Of a stretch of 64,000 nt of DNA, positions 36,334-48,780 are shown piece by piece. Made by a program: the position numbers and the translations under genes. How positions within the stretch are numbered: the stretch's first letter is position 1; every line of letters begins with the position of its first letter. A model generated the notes under the pieces. The model had not been told where the DNA came from. It saw only the letters and a list, made by a program, of their open reading frames with translations, and did not search any database. Source of the stretch: Mobula hypostoma (lineage: Eukaryota); the NCBI RefSeq assembly GCF_963921235.1, contig NC_086097.1, positions 21,020,001-21,084,000 on the forward strand, read 5' to 3'.

Positions 36334-36384
36334 AACTCCCCCATGGACGGTTCCAAACCCGGCTGCAAAAGGAGGAGGGTTGGG
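36334..36384 (+). ncRNA. Twister ribozyme relic (3' cleavage-product form) at the 5' end of an RTE-derived element
   Basis: AA-CTCC-CCC-ATG-GACG-GTTCCAAACC-CGG-CTGCAAAA-GGAG-GAGGG-TTGGG follows the P1-type twister layout (P2 CTCC/GGAG, L4 resembling GUCCCAAGCC, GAGGG) with several substitutions. Confidence 0.65.
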
Positions 36385-36514
36385 CACGGGGCTAGCAACC
36401 TCATCCCGTAAATACTAGAGCTACAGAAATGCTCCAAAGCCCTCATCCCTGGGAAAGGAAAGAGAAGGTGTGGGCTACACTTGGGGACAACTTGAAAGAC
36501 TGTCCCAGGTCAGA
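36334..36514 (+). mobile_element. Short bipartite RTE derivative (5' UTR joined to ORF C-terminus)
   Basis: GGGTTGGGCACGGGGCTAGCAACCTCATCCCGTAAA RTE 5' UTR motif, then a segment encoding GYTWGQLERL like RTE ORF C-termini. Confidence 0.6.
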
Positions 36515-37770
36515 TGCGTTAATGTGTACGGCACATGGGAGGTGGCTGGTTCACTTTCTGTCTGGTGGACTTCTCATGGCTCCAATTCAGGCCGTCGTGT
36601 AAAGCCAGAATCCTGAGATAGAGCATTCACAACTCAGTTGTTACATCATCCAGTTTTAGGGCCTCAGTGTCAGATTGTATTTGCTGTTCCTTTTAATCTG
36701 ACTCTACTACCTCAAAAACAATATATCATTTGACAATGATAAGTACTTCCCGAAAGCAACAGTGAGTGCAGGGGAGATTTACCAATATGCTGCCTGGATG
36801 CCATGGTGGCGTAGTGGTTAGCACGATGCTATCACAGCTTGGGGCTTTGGGGTTTGGAGTTCAATTCCAACATCCTCCGTAAGGAGTCTGTACATCCTCC
36901 CCGTTGTCTCCAGGTGTTCTGGTTTCCTCCCACAGTCCAAAGATGTACCAGTTAATAGGTTAATTGGTCATTGTAAATTATCCCGTGATTAGGCTGGGGT
37001 TAAAATGGGGGGTTTCTGGGTGGCCAGAAGGGCCTATTCGCATTGTAACCCTATAAATAAATAAATGCAAGAGCACGTTCTTTGAGGGTGGGTTGAGAGT
37101 TTCCTAGACATGGATGAAAGAAAAATAGAGGACTATGGGCTATGTAAGAGGAAAGGGTTAGATTGATTGTAGAGTAGGTGAAAAAATTTGAATCATTGGC
37201 TGAAGAGCCTGTTCTGTGTTCTACGTTTGATGAAAGGTCAAAAGAGGAAGTGAAATTGGTCACAGGTTCTGGTTTCGGTAGTGGGTGGTGCAGGCTGTGG
37301 AGAGCTCTGGAAGCATCAGAGGAAGATAGGGCAAGTAGTGAGGAGTAAGAAGGAGGATTTGAAAGCTGGCTGTAATAAGATGGTGAAGACAGAGCCCAGT
37401 CTAGCTCCGAATGCCCCCCCTCCCCCAACATCTTCTTACAGCCACCATCCAAGCCAAGGTGTGAACAAAGGCTCTTTGGATTGTGAGAATCCCACAACCC
37501 AGTGTGGTCAGCAAGGAAAGAAAAGGGAAAGCTGAAGAAATTTTGAAATCATTAAAAGTAAACTTTACCGGTCGGTAAATATTCTGCTCTGCTGGAGTCA
37601 ATGGGTGCAATTGGCTTGTTGGGCTCCTTCTTGTGCCTTGGAGCGTTGACATTAACGTGTGGTTCCTTAGAGTGTTTGCTTCTCACACCTACAATTCAAT
37701 AATGGAGAGTCAGCATAATAAAAAGTGGTCAAACAAATAAAGTATCTATACTCACACATACGTGTGCACA

Positions 37771-37823
<53 letters not shown>

Positions 37824-38809
37824 GAACTGGATGGTCATGTGGGTTCCGAGTGAGGATTTGGGGTGCTGGCAACAGGTTACATGACCAGGCACGTGCACAG
37901 CCAATGGAATATAATGTAGGAAATGTGAGGTCATCTTCTTTGGCAGACAAGACGGAAAACCGGAGTAATTTTTCAAGAGTGTGAGACTGAAGGGTGTTGG
38001 TGTGTAGAGGAACATGGTTTCCTTACACAAATCCGTGGAACTTAATGAACAGGTACAATACTCCATTAGGAAGATAAATGGCATGTTGGGTTTTGTTGCA
38101 AGAGGATTTAATACAAGGGTGAACATACATTACTGCAGGTATACAGGGGTGCGAGTAACAACACACCTGGAATATTATTTGTAGGTTTGGTCTCCTTACT
38201 GAAGGTAAGAAGTACTTGTTTCACTGGACTTATTCCTGGAGAGAGATCAAGCAGGCAGGACTCACGTTGTCTTGAATTTAGAAAGAATGCGAGGTAACTG
38301 CAGATTATTACGAGATTTGACAGGGTGAATCCAGGAATGATCTATCTCTTGATCCCAGTGTCCAGAACAAAAGGCAAAAGTCTTAAAATATGGGATCAGT
38401 CATTCAAAACTGTGATGAGAAATGTGAGGCATGTTGCTTCTCGAAAGCTATTGGTATCATTAAGTATGCCTACCACCTGGCCATTGCCTTTTCTTTCTCT
38501 TTGACCTTTGAGGAGAAGATACAGGAGCCTGAACACACCGATGAATTTGGGCTTGAGTTTGGTTGTGTGGGCTTTTAAACTCCTGTATGTTCTCTCAGAA
38601 GGTATATAAAATAATGAGGGATCTAGATAGGGTGAATGCATACAGGCTTTTTCCACTGAGGGTTGAACTGAGGTCAAAGGTTTAGAGTGAAAGACAAAAT
38701 ATTTAGGGGGAATACAAGGGGAAACTTCTCCACAGAGGGTGACGTGAATGTGGAATGAGCAGCCAGTGGAACTTCAAATGTGACATTTAAGAGGGTTTGG
38801 ATAAGTACA

Positions 38810-39097
38810 GTGTGGGCATGTGGTCAAGTGGTTAAGGCATTGGACTAGCGACCTGAAGGTCGTGAGTTCGAACCCCAGCCAAGGCAGCATGTTGTGTCCT
38901 TGAGCAAGGCACTTAATCACACATTGCTCTACGACAACACTGGTGCCAAGCTGTGTGGGTCCTAATGTCCTTCCCTTGGACAACATCGGTGTCGTGGAGA
39001 GAGGAGACTTGCGGCATGGGCAACTGCTGGTCTTCCATACAATCTTGCCCAGGCCTGAAGACTTTCCAGGCGCAGATCCATGGTCTCACAAGAGTAA
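38810..39097 (+). mobile_element. tRNA-derived SINE, copy 1, 12-bp TSD
   Basis: A box TGGTCAAGTGG, B box AGTTCGAACCC, GTCCTTGAGCAAGGCACTTAA core; TGGATAAGTACA at 38798-38809 and 39098-39109. Confidence 0.9.
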
Positions 39098-39770
39098 TGG
39101 ATAAGTACATGGGTGGGAGGAGTATGGAGGGCTGTGGTCCAGGTGCAGCTCAATGGGACTAGGCAGAAGATCAAGTTGCCATAGACTAGGTAGGTCAAAG
39201 GGCCTGTTTCATCGCTTGCTCTTTGTGATATCCACTCCTCTTTCCAGGGTGTGGAGCCTTTCCCTGTTCCACCATTGGGTCAATTTAAATGCCAGCTCAG
39301 ACAGACTGAAAAAACAGGGTGTCCATTGGGACGGGCCGTTCTCAGTGATGGTCATCTCCATGGTGCTGAGGTTAATGAAGACAGCCCCGGCTGCTGTGCT
39401 CCGTGCCCACTAATATGATGAACTGATAAGCGAAGCTTCGAGCCTATTCCAGTCTGCTCTGGGGTGGGATCTGAAGGCTCAGATTTAGTTCGGATTGTTG
39501 TTGTTCACTTCAATTGCTTGCATGATTTGTATTTTTTTTCTTTCTCTTGCGTGTTGAGAGTTGATCTTTTTTTTTTGAAATTGGGTTCTTTTTGGGTTTC
39601 TTGCTTTGTGGCTATCTGTGAGCAAGGAAATCTCAAGGTTGTATAATTTATATATTCTTTGATAATAAATGTACCTGATTTGATTTTCCATGCTGTAGTA
39701 CTCTATGAATCTAAGGTAGAAGAGAGCAGAGGGAATGGCCAGAGTGGTAGTATCCTTGACAATATGGGCG

Positions 39771-40403
39771 GGAGGAGAAGATGGCAGTGCGATGCAGTGC
39801 GCGCAGCTCTCCAGTGAAATGATATTGTATCTGTTAAATAGGGGCCGTGGACAATTTTGATTTGATGGAGACAGACATGAAAGCACAGAGGAACATCTGG
39901 AGAAATTTCTGAAATGCAAATTTGTTGTTGCTGCTACTGTGTGATTGAGAATCTCCGGAGGGAAGGCCCCAAAATCCCCGGCTTTGCCTGCTGCTGGCGA
40001 CCGAGGTTGAGGTCGAATCGTTCGGATAGAGATGGCGCTCGGTACTTGGTGTCAGAGGGCTGATCAGAGCTCGAAGTTTTCGGACGACTCAGAGTCGGAC
40101 TGTGGTCGGGCATGGCAGGGAGAGTTGTCTTCCTTCTCCCGTCTGCGTGAGATGTGGGACTTTCGAGAGACTTTGAACTTTTTTACTGTGCCATGACCTG
40201 TTCTTCATCAAGTTATGGTATTGTTGCGCTGTTGTAACTATATGTTATAATTATGTGGTTTTGTTAGTTTTTCAGTCTTGGTCTGTCCTGTGTTTCTGTG
40301 ATATCACACCGGAGGAATATTGTATCATTTCTTAATGCATGCATTACTAAATGACAATAAAAGAGGACTGCGTGTCCTCATAATTTAATAATCTAATCTA
40401 ATC
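39771..40403 (+). mobile_element. ~620 bp CpG-rich non-autonomous retroposon, copy 3 (full length)
   Basis: Head GGAGGAGAAGATGGC, body homologous to copies 1 and 2, AATAAA and (TAATC)n tail. Confidence 0.85.
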
Positions 40404-40887
40404 TTATTTGTTATACTGTAATTCACAAGAACAATTTATGAACATATTCAAAGTTCAAAAATTTAAAGTAACTTTATTATTAAAGTACATATTTATCACC
40501 ATGTACAATCCTGATATTCATTTTCTTTCAGGCATTCACAGTAGAACAAAGACATACAATAGAATCAATGAAAAACTGCACACAAAGACTGACAAACAAC
40601 CAACGTGCAAAAGAAGACAAGCTGTGCAAATAAAAAATAAGTAATTAAATAATACTGAGGATATGAATTGTGGAGTCATTGAAAGTGAGCACATGGGTTG
40701 AGTTGATGATCAGTTCAGTGAGTGAAGTTATCTACCATGGTTCACGAGCCTGATTGCTAAAGGGTGATAACTGTTCCTGAACCTGTTGGTGTGGGACATA
40801 AGACTGCTGTCCCTCCTTCCTATTGGAAAATGATAATCAGAGCACCCAATATCTTTAAAGCCACCACCTTCAAAACTCTAGGACCTG

Positions 40888-40954
40888 CAGTACCGTGCAA
40901 AAGTCTTAGGCACATAGATATAGCTAGGGTGCCTAAGACTTTTGCCCAGTACTT
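40888..40954. mobile_element. Tiny Tc1-type MITE, copy 1
   Basis: TIRs CAGTACCGTGCAAAAGTCTTAGGCAC / GTGCCTAAGACTTTTGCCCAGTACT separated by ~15 nt. Confidence 0.75.
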
Positions 40955-40991
40955 CAGTAATTTGATGTATTGCACTGTACTGCTGCCACAA

Positions 40992-41297
40992 TGTGGGCAC
41001 GTGGCCAAAGTGGTTAAGGCATTCGACTAGCGATCTGAAGGTCGCTAGTTCAAGCCCCAGCCGAGGCAGCGTGTTGTGTCCTTGAGCAAGGCACTTAATC
41101 ACACAGTATTCTGTGATGACACTGGTGCCAAGCTGTATGGGTCCTAATGCCCTTCCCTTGGACTACATCAGTGTCGTGGAGAGGGGAGACTTGCAGCATG
41201 GGCAACTGCCAGTCTTCCATACAACCTTGCCCAGGCCTGCGCCCTGGACAGTGAAGACTTTCCAGGCGCAGATCCATGGTCTCGCAAGACTAACAGA
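40992..41297 (+). mobile_element. tRNA-derived SINE, copy 2, 11-bp TSD
   Basis: Same family as 38810-39097; TGCTGCCACAA at 40981-40991 and 41298-41308. Confidence 0.9.
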
Positions 41298-41455
41298 TGC
41301 TGCCACAAAAAAGCAACAATAAACCTGATTCTGATATGTAGCCTGAGATTGGGAAGGGGGCAGGGAGAGGAAGATCATGGTTGGGAAATGGGAAGGGAGA
41401 GGAGAGGGAGTACGAAGCGCCAGAGAAACAGTCTGTAGTGATCAATAAACCAATT

Positions 41456-41550
41456 CAACTCACACAAAATGCTGGAGGAACTCAGCAGATCAGGCAGCAC
41501 CTATGGGAATGAGTAAACAGTCGACGTTTTGGGCCGAGACCCTTCTTCTC
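41456..41550 (-). mobile_element. 95-bp Penelope-like pseudo-LTR fragment with 13-bp TSD
   Basis: Family head and partial hammerhead; CAATAAACCAATT at 41443-41455 and 41551-41563. Confidence 0.85.
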
Positions 41551-41755
41551 CAATAAACCAATTGCTTGGAATCAGACGATGTTGCCTGTTGTCTCAGGGC
41601 TGGGTGTGTCTGCACCCTCTCCACTGTCTGCTCCTGGCACTCCTTCTCTGCCACCTGTCCCACACATCTCCTGCAGCACTCCACCATCGCCATTCCCAAC
41701 ACCCTTCGCTCCCGCCAACTTTACAAACTGGTTCTCCACTCTACATTGATAAGTA

Positions 41756-41825
41756 GAGTACTGCACAAAAGGTCTTGGGCACCTTCGTGTTATATATATG
41801 TGCCAAAGACCTTCGCACAGTACTG
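41756..41825. mobile_element. Tiny Tc1-type MITE, copy 2
   Basis: Same TIR family as 40888-40954, flanked by TA at 41754-41755 and 41826-41827. Confidence 0.75.
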
Positions 41826-43194
41826 TACAGTATCAGGCCCTTGGGCCTCAGACTCACCAACTTCTCCACAGGTTGTGTGTGTTTTTTTAACAAGTGCTTA
41901 TTTCCCTCAATAGTACTGATCGAAAATAACATACTGATGCTGGCAACTAGGACTTCAGGTCCCTCCCCAGTAGAGCTGGAGCTTTACAACACACAGACAA
42001 GTGACACACTGATGCGTAAAAGAACATACTTTTTGTAGTGTTAATAACTATAATCTGTTATATCCATAGCAAGAAATGAGATCTGAATGTCCTGTCAAAT
42101 CAGTCTGCCAATGACACTCCTCTCCTCCTCTCCTGTTGTATACTGTTATTTGCTGCATCAGCTCCACAGTTAGTTTCTACACGACTCCACTTCTGCCGTT
42201 ACAGCAGAAATATTTTAACCCTGTACCTGGCCCTGGACTCAGTTTGTGGGAGAGTCCTCTGACATCAGTAACAGAAGTGTCAACACCGATAACAGCGAAG
42301 GTGTTTGTCAAACTGCAGCTGGAGTATTGTGAGCAGTCTTGGGCCCCTTACCTAAGAAACGGTGTGCTGTCATTGGAGAGGGTCCAGAGGAGGATCATGG
42401 GAATGAAAGGGTTAACACATGAGAAGCGTTTAATGGCTCTAGACTTGTACTCACGGGAGTTTGGAAGAATGAGGAGGGAGGATCTCATTGAAACCTATTG
42501 AATGTTGAAAGGCTTAGATAGGGATATGGAGAGGACATTTCCAAGGTTTGGGGAGTCTAGCATTAGAGTACACAGCCTCAGACTACAAGGACGTTCCTTT
42601 AGAACAGAGATAGAGGAGAAGTTCTTCAGCCTGAGAGTGGTGAATCTGTGGAATTCATTGCCACAGATAGCTCTGGAGGCCAAGTCAACAGGTATATTTA
42701 AAGCAAAGGTTGAGAGGCTCTTCATAAGTCAGGGTATCAAAGGCTGAAGAATGGGATTAAAAAGGATGATAAATCAGCCTCTTAACCCCATTCTCCAGGG
42801 GCCGAATGACTTAACTCTCTGTTCCTTTGACTTACGGTCTAGAAAGTTTCCTCAGGTATCCGTCTTGTGCTTTACACCTCATCCAATATTCCCCTCTTTT
42901 TCAGTTCAGCAAAGAGTTTTTAAAGATTAGCTTTATCTGTCACATCTAAATCGAAACATACAGTTGAAATGTGTTGTTTGTGTCAATAACCAACACAGTC
43001 CGCAGATGTGCTGGGGGCTGCCTACAAGTGTTGCCATGATTCCAGTGCCAACATTGCCTGCCCGCAACTTGCGCCTTTGGAATGTGAAAGTCTGAGCATC
43101 GCGAGGAAACCCACGTGGTTGTGGGGAGAATGTGCAAACTCCTTACAGACAGAGGCGGAAATTGAACCTGCATCACTGGTGGTCTAAAGCATTA

Positions 43195-46100
43195 CAGCAA
43201 AAAGTATTCCCTCTTGGATACTACTTGGGGGGGGGGGGTTGGGGTGGATGACCTATCAGGGAACAGCAGCAGCAGTCAGCCCAGTGGCACTGTGTCCAGC
43301 TCTGAGGTTCAGCAGGGAAGGGTCAGGCAGAGAGGTAGTGATAGGAGATTTGATAGGGGGACGGACAGGAGATCCTGCAGCTGTGAAAGAGATGACAGGA
43401 TGGTGTGTTTCGTCTCCCAGGTGCTAGGGTCCAGGATGTCTCAAGAGGGAAGGTGATCAGCCAGCTGTTGTGGTGCACATTGGCACCAATGAAATAGGCA
43501 GAAAGAGGGAAGAGGTCCTGCACAGTGAGTACAGGGAGTTAGGAAAGCGGCTGAAGAGCAGGATCTCTAAGGTAGTAATCTCTGGATTACTCCCAAGACC
43601 AGGAAGGGAATAGGATGATGGAACAGATGAATGAGTGGTTGAGGAACTGGTGCAGGGGGAAGGGCTTCAGATCTCTGGATCTTTGGGATCACTTCTGGGG
43701 GAGGTATGACCTGTACAAGAAAGGATGGGTTACACCTGAACTTGAGGGGGATTGATAGCCTTGCGGGCAGGCTTGCTGGAGCTGTGGGGGAAGGTTTAAA
43801 CTAATTTGGCAGGGATGTGGGAACTGTAGAGAAAGGGCTGAAGGTGGGGCAGCTGCTAAGCAAGTACTTACAGTGTGTAGTGAGACTGTGAAGAAGGACA
43901 GGGAAATGATAGGGCAAAATTGCAGTCAGTGGGACGAGGCGTAGTGTAATGGGGGCGAAATTGAAAAGGATGTTGAATACAGAATTGGATGTGTTAAATT
44001 GGAATGCATGCAGTGTATGGTACAAGGCAGATGATCTTGTAGCACAGTTAGAGATTGGCAGGTATGATGTTGTGGGCATCACTGAGACATGGCTAAAGGA
44101 AGATTATAGTTGGGAGCTTAACATCCAAGAATACATGTATTGATAGGGCAGGCAGGTAGGTGGAGGGGTGGAGTGGCTCCATTGGTAAAAAATGAGATCA
44201 AATTCTTAGAAAGAGGTGACATAGGATCAGGAGATGTAGAATCCTTGTGGGAAGAGAAAAGAGACTGCAAGGATAAAAAGAACCCTGATGGGAGTTTACA
44301 AAGGACTCTGAACAGTAGGCTGGATGTGGGGTATAAATTACAACAGGAGATAGAACAGGCATGTAAAAAGGGCAATGTTACAATAGTAATGGGGGATTTC
44401 TATATGCAGGTAGATTGGGAAAATCAGGTTGGTGCTGGATCCCAAGAGAGGGAATTTGTAGAATGCCAATGAGATAACTTTGTAGAGCACACTGGTTGAG
44501 ACCACTAGGGGAAAGGTAATTCTGAACTGGGTGTTGTGTAATGAACCAGATGTGATTAGGGAGCTTAAGGGAAAGGAATCCTTAAGATGCAATGGTAATA
44601 ATGATAGAATTTACCCTGTAGTTTGAGAAGGAGAAGATAAAGTCAGATGTATCAATAATACAGTGAAGTAAAGGGAATTATAGAGGCATGAGAGAGGAGC
44701 TGGCCAAAGTTGATTGGAAGGGGACATTAGCAGGGATGATGGCAGAACAACAATGGTTAGGATCGCTGTAACGCTTCAGATGTGCAGGATAGATGCATCA
44801 CAAAGATGAAGAAGTATTCTAAAGGGAGGATGAGGTAACCATGGGTGACAAGGTAAGTCAAAGTCAGCAGAAAAGTGAAAGAGAGGGTATATATCATAGC
44901 AAAAGTTCATGGGAAGTTAGCGAATTGGGAATCTTTTAAAAACCAACAGAAGGCAACTAAAAACTCCATAAGGAGAAAAAGATGAAACATGAAAGTAAGC
45001 TAACCAATAATACCAAAGAGGATACCAAAGTTTTTTCAGATATATAATGATTTAAAGAGAGATGATAGAGGATATTGGACCATTGGAAACTGGCATTGGA
45101 GAGGTCAAAATGGGGTATAAAGAATAGTGGACAAATTTAATAAATATTTTGAGTCAGATTTCACTGTGGAAGACACTAGCAGTCGGCCAGAAATTCAAGA
45201 GTGTCTGGGGGCAGAAGTGAGTGTCATTGATATTACTAAGGAGAAGGTACCTGGGAAGCTGAAAGGTCTGAGGTAGATAAGTCACCTGAACCAGACGGAC
45301 TATACCCTAGAGTACAGAAAGAGGTAGCTGAGGAGAATGTGGAGGCATTGGTAATAATCTTTCAAGAATCACTAGATTCTGGAATGGTTCCAGAGCACTG
45401 GAAAATTGCAAATGTCACTTCACTCTTTAAGAAAGGAGGAAGGCAGAAGAAAGGTATTTTTTGGCCAGTTAGCCTGATCTCAGTGGTTGAGAAGATGTTG
45501 GAGTCCACTATTAAGGATGAAGTTTCAGGGTACTTGGAGGCACATGATGAAATGGGCCAAAAGTCAGCATGGTTTCCTTAAGGGGAAATCTTGCTTAACA
45601 AAGCTTTTGGAATTTTTTGAGAAATAACAGGCAGGATAGACAAAGGAGCGTCAGTGGATGTTGTTTACTTGGATTTTCAGAAGGCCTTTGACAAAGTGAT
45701 GCACATGAGGCTGCTTAACAAGATAAGAGCCGATGATATTACATAAAAGGAGAGCATGGATAGAAGATTGACTAGGAGGAGGCAAAAAGTGGAAATAAAA
45801 GGAGCCATTACTGATTGGCTTCTGGTGACTAGTGGTGTTCTGCAGGGGTTGGTGTTGGGACTGCTTCTCTTCACATTATATGTCAATGATTTGGATGATG
45901 GAGTTGATGGCTTTGGGGCCAATTTTGTCAACGATACGAAGATAAGTGGAAGGGCAGGTAGTGTTGAGGAAGCAGGGAGTTTTCAGAAGGACTTAGGCAG
46001 GTTGGGAGAATGGGCAATGAAGTGGCAGATGGATTATAGTGTCAGGAAATATATGGTCATGCACTTTGGTAGAAGGAATAAAGGCTTAGACTATTTTATA

Positions 46101-46475
46101 AATGAGCAGGATTTCCGAAAGGCTACATTACAGGTTGAGTCAGTGATAAGGAAGTCAAATGCAATGCTAGCATTCATTACCAGCGAACTAAAATATAAGA
46201 TCAAGGATGTAATGCTGAGGCTTTTTAAGGCATTGGTCAGAGCGTACTTGGAGTACTGTGGACAGCTTTGGGTCGGTAATCAAAGAAAAGATGTGCTGGC
46301 ATTGGAGAGGGTCCAGAGGACGTTCATAAGAATGGTTCCATAAATGAAAGAGCTCATGTAAGAGGAGCATTTGATGTCTCTGGGCTTATATTCTCTGGAG
46401 TTTAGAAGAATAAGGGGGTTCTCATTGAAACTATCGAATATTAAAATGCCTAGATAGAGCAAATGTGGAGAGTCT
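43195..46475 (+). mobile_element. Old, long CR1 LINE: ORF1 SGNH-esterase remnant plus ORF2 endonuclease and RT, heavily decayed
   Basis: VVHIGTNEI (~43470) and GLHLN (~43730) esterase motifs; WNACSV..VGITETWL, VMGDF, VLQGLVLG and RT C-terminal fragments in broken plus-strand frames. Confidence 0.88.
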
Positions 46476-47939
46476 GAAAAAGTGCTTCCTCAGTTTTAAA
46501 GAGAAAATCAAAATGGCTACGTGAGTATGAATAATTTAAAGGATAAAATATTTTAAAAACTAAAAGTGAGTCCATAGGTTATGGGAACAGTTCAGTGATG
46601 GGGTGAGTGAAGTTGAGTGAATTTATCCCCTCAGGTTCAAGAGCCAGATGGTTGAGGGGTAATAACTGTTCCTGAACTTGTTGGTGTGTAAATGCTACCA
46701 ACCAACCATCGAAACAAAAAAAAAAACAAATGAAACCAACAGCAGTGTTCGGCTCACTGTTACTTTCTTCAAACTGCAAATTGGTGGTGCTAGGCTGTTA
46801 AGAACGGTTTCAAAATCTTCTACATGAAAGTTGTACTTTATCTTGATCTCTCAGTTTTTTGGTGTTTTCTCTCTTGTGGCCAATGGGTGGGTGAATGACC
46901 TGTTAATTCTTTGTGTGTAACAGTGTGAGTTGGGGGTTTTGATTCTATGGTTACTGTTCTTTTCTGTGGGTGAGGGGGTCGGGGATTGCTATTATTGCTG
47001 TTTTTTCTGTGGGGGAGGGGGTGAGGACTTTGGGGTCTGCAAGTTTTGTTTCTTTTCTTTCTCATGCTGGTGGGGGGTGGGGGGAGTTGATGTCTCTTCT
47101 TTCATCAACTCCCATGGTCTTTCTGTATTTCGTGGCTAGCTGGAGAAGACAAATATCAGAGTTGTATTGTACATGCATACTTTGACAATAAAATGAACCT
47201 TTGAACCTTTGAACCTTTGGTTTCCAGTTGTTGGCTTTCATTTTAATCTGAAGGAAAGTAACATCTGATCAGGTGTTAAGTTTGTATGTTCTCCCTGTGA
47301 CCATGTGGGTTTCCTCCTGATACTCTGGTTTCCTCCCACATTCCAAAGAAGGATGAATTAGGGCTAGTAAGTTGAGGATATGGTGACACTCGTGGGTTGC
47401 CCCCAGCACATCCTCAGACTGTTGGTTATTGATGCAAAGAATGTATTTTACTGTATACTTTGATATTTCAATGTACATTTGACAAATTAGGCTAATCTTT
47501 CTATTGTGTATCTGGTCTACTAGTGACAACAATGTAGTTGACTCTGGGAAGGCTCAACAAAACAGTTAGGTCAAGGACGTGGTTAATCAGGAGCTGCCTT
47601 TGACAGTGATAACCATAACCTTTGAACAGATTAAAAAGAGAAACTACACTTGGGGGAGCTAGTTGGCTGTCTGTTTGAGTTGAAGCCGCCGAGAGAGTAC
47701 AATAACACTTTTTAAGAAAACGCTGTAGGAAAGGACATTATGAGGATGTGTGCTTTGCCAGGAGAGTCTCCACTGATTGCCACCCCTAAATGATCCATGT
47801 GAAAGCGGTGACGAGCTACTTCTGATGTCTCTCTGTTCCTTGTGGTGAACCCCCATTCCCACCCCCCCCCAACTCCACCCTACAGTTCTGTCAGGTAGAG
47901 GGAATCAGGATTCAGACCCCTGGCAATAAGAGAATGCTA

Positions 47940-48455
47940 ATCTATAAGACCAAAAGACATAGGAGCGGAATTAGGCCATTCGGCCCATCGAGTCTGCACT
48001 GGCTTTTTATCATGGCTGATCTATTATCTCCCTCAACCCTATTCTCCTGTCTTCTCCTTGTAACCTTTGACCTCCTTACTAATCAAGAACCTATCAACCA
48101 CTGCTTTAAATGTACCCAGTGACTTGGCCCCCACAGCTGTCTGTGGAAATGAACTGCACAGAGTCATCATCCTCTGGCTAAAGAAATTCGTCCTTATCTC
48201 TGCTCTAAAGGGACATCCTTCTTTTCTGAGGCTGTGCCCTCTGGTCCTGGACTCCCCCACTATAGGAAACATCCAATGAGATCCCTCTTCATTCTTCAAA
48301 ACTCCAGCGAGTCTAAGCCCAGAGCCATCAAATGCTCCTCCTACATCAACCCTTTCATTCTCGGGATCATTCTTGTGAACCTTCTTTGGACTCTCTCCAA
48401 TGTCAGCACATCCTTTCTCAGATAGGGAGCCCAAAACTGCTCACCATATTCCAAT
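47940..48455 (-). mobile_element. CR1 LINE 3' fragment (similar fragments at ~35950-36290, 37870-38430, 42300-42840 and 59805-60150 on +)
   Basis: MFPIVGESRTRGHSLR..NFFSQR..KAVVDRFLISKEVKGY and CR1 3' UTR. Confidence 0.85.
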
Positions 48456-48466
48456 TGCCTTATAAA

Positions 48467-48780
48467 AGGGCATCCTTTAGTCTTGCAGGACCATGGATCT
48501 GCGCCTGGAAAGTCTTCACTCTCCAGGGCGCAGGCCTGGGCAAGGTTGTATGGAAGACCAGCAGTTGCCCATGCTGCAAGTCTCCCCTCTCCACAACACC
48601 AATGTTGTCCAAGGGAAGGACATTAGGACCCATACAGCTTGGCACCAGTGTCATCACAGAGCAATGTGTGGTTAAGTGCCTTGCTCAAGGACACAACACT
48701 CTGCTTCGGCTGGGGCTCAAACTCATGACCTTCAGATTGCGAGTCGAACGCCTTAACCACTTGGCTATGTGCCCACGAAA
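48467..48780 (-). mobile_element. tRNA-derived SINE, copy 3, 11-bp TSD
   Basis: Reverse complement of the 38810/40992 family; TGCCTTATAAA at 48456-48466 and 48781-48791. Confidence 0.9.

Noticed and set aside
37774..37820. (CA)n microsatellite and ORFs through it (also ~60540-60566 and (TA)n at ~8272-8331)
   Set aside because: Ordinary simple repeats giving poly-CV/TH/YI pseudo-peptides.
38810..38885. tRNA-like sequence with A and B boxes (also ~40992 and ~48710-48780)
   Set aside because: It is the head of a SINE with a shared body and TSDs, not a stand-alone tRNA gene.
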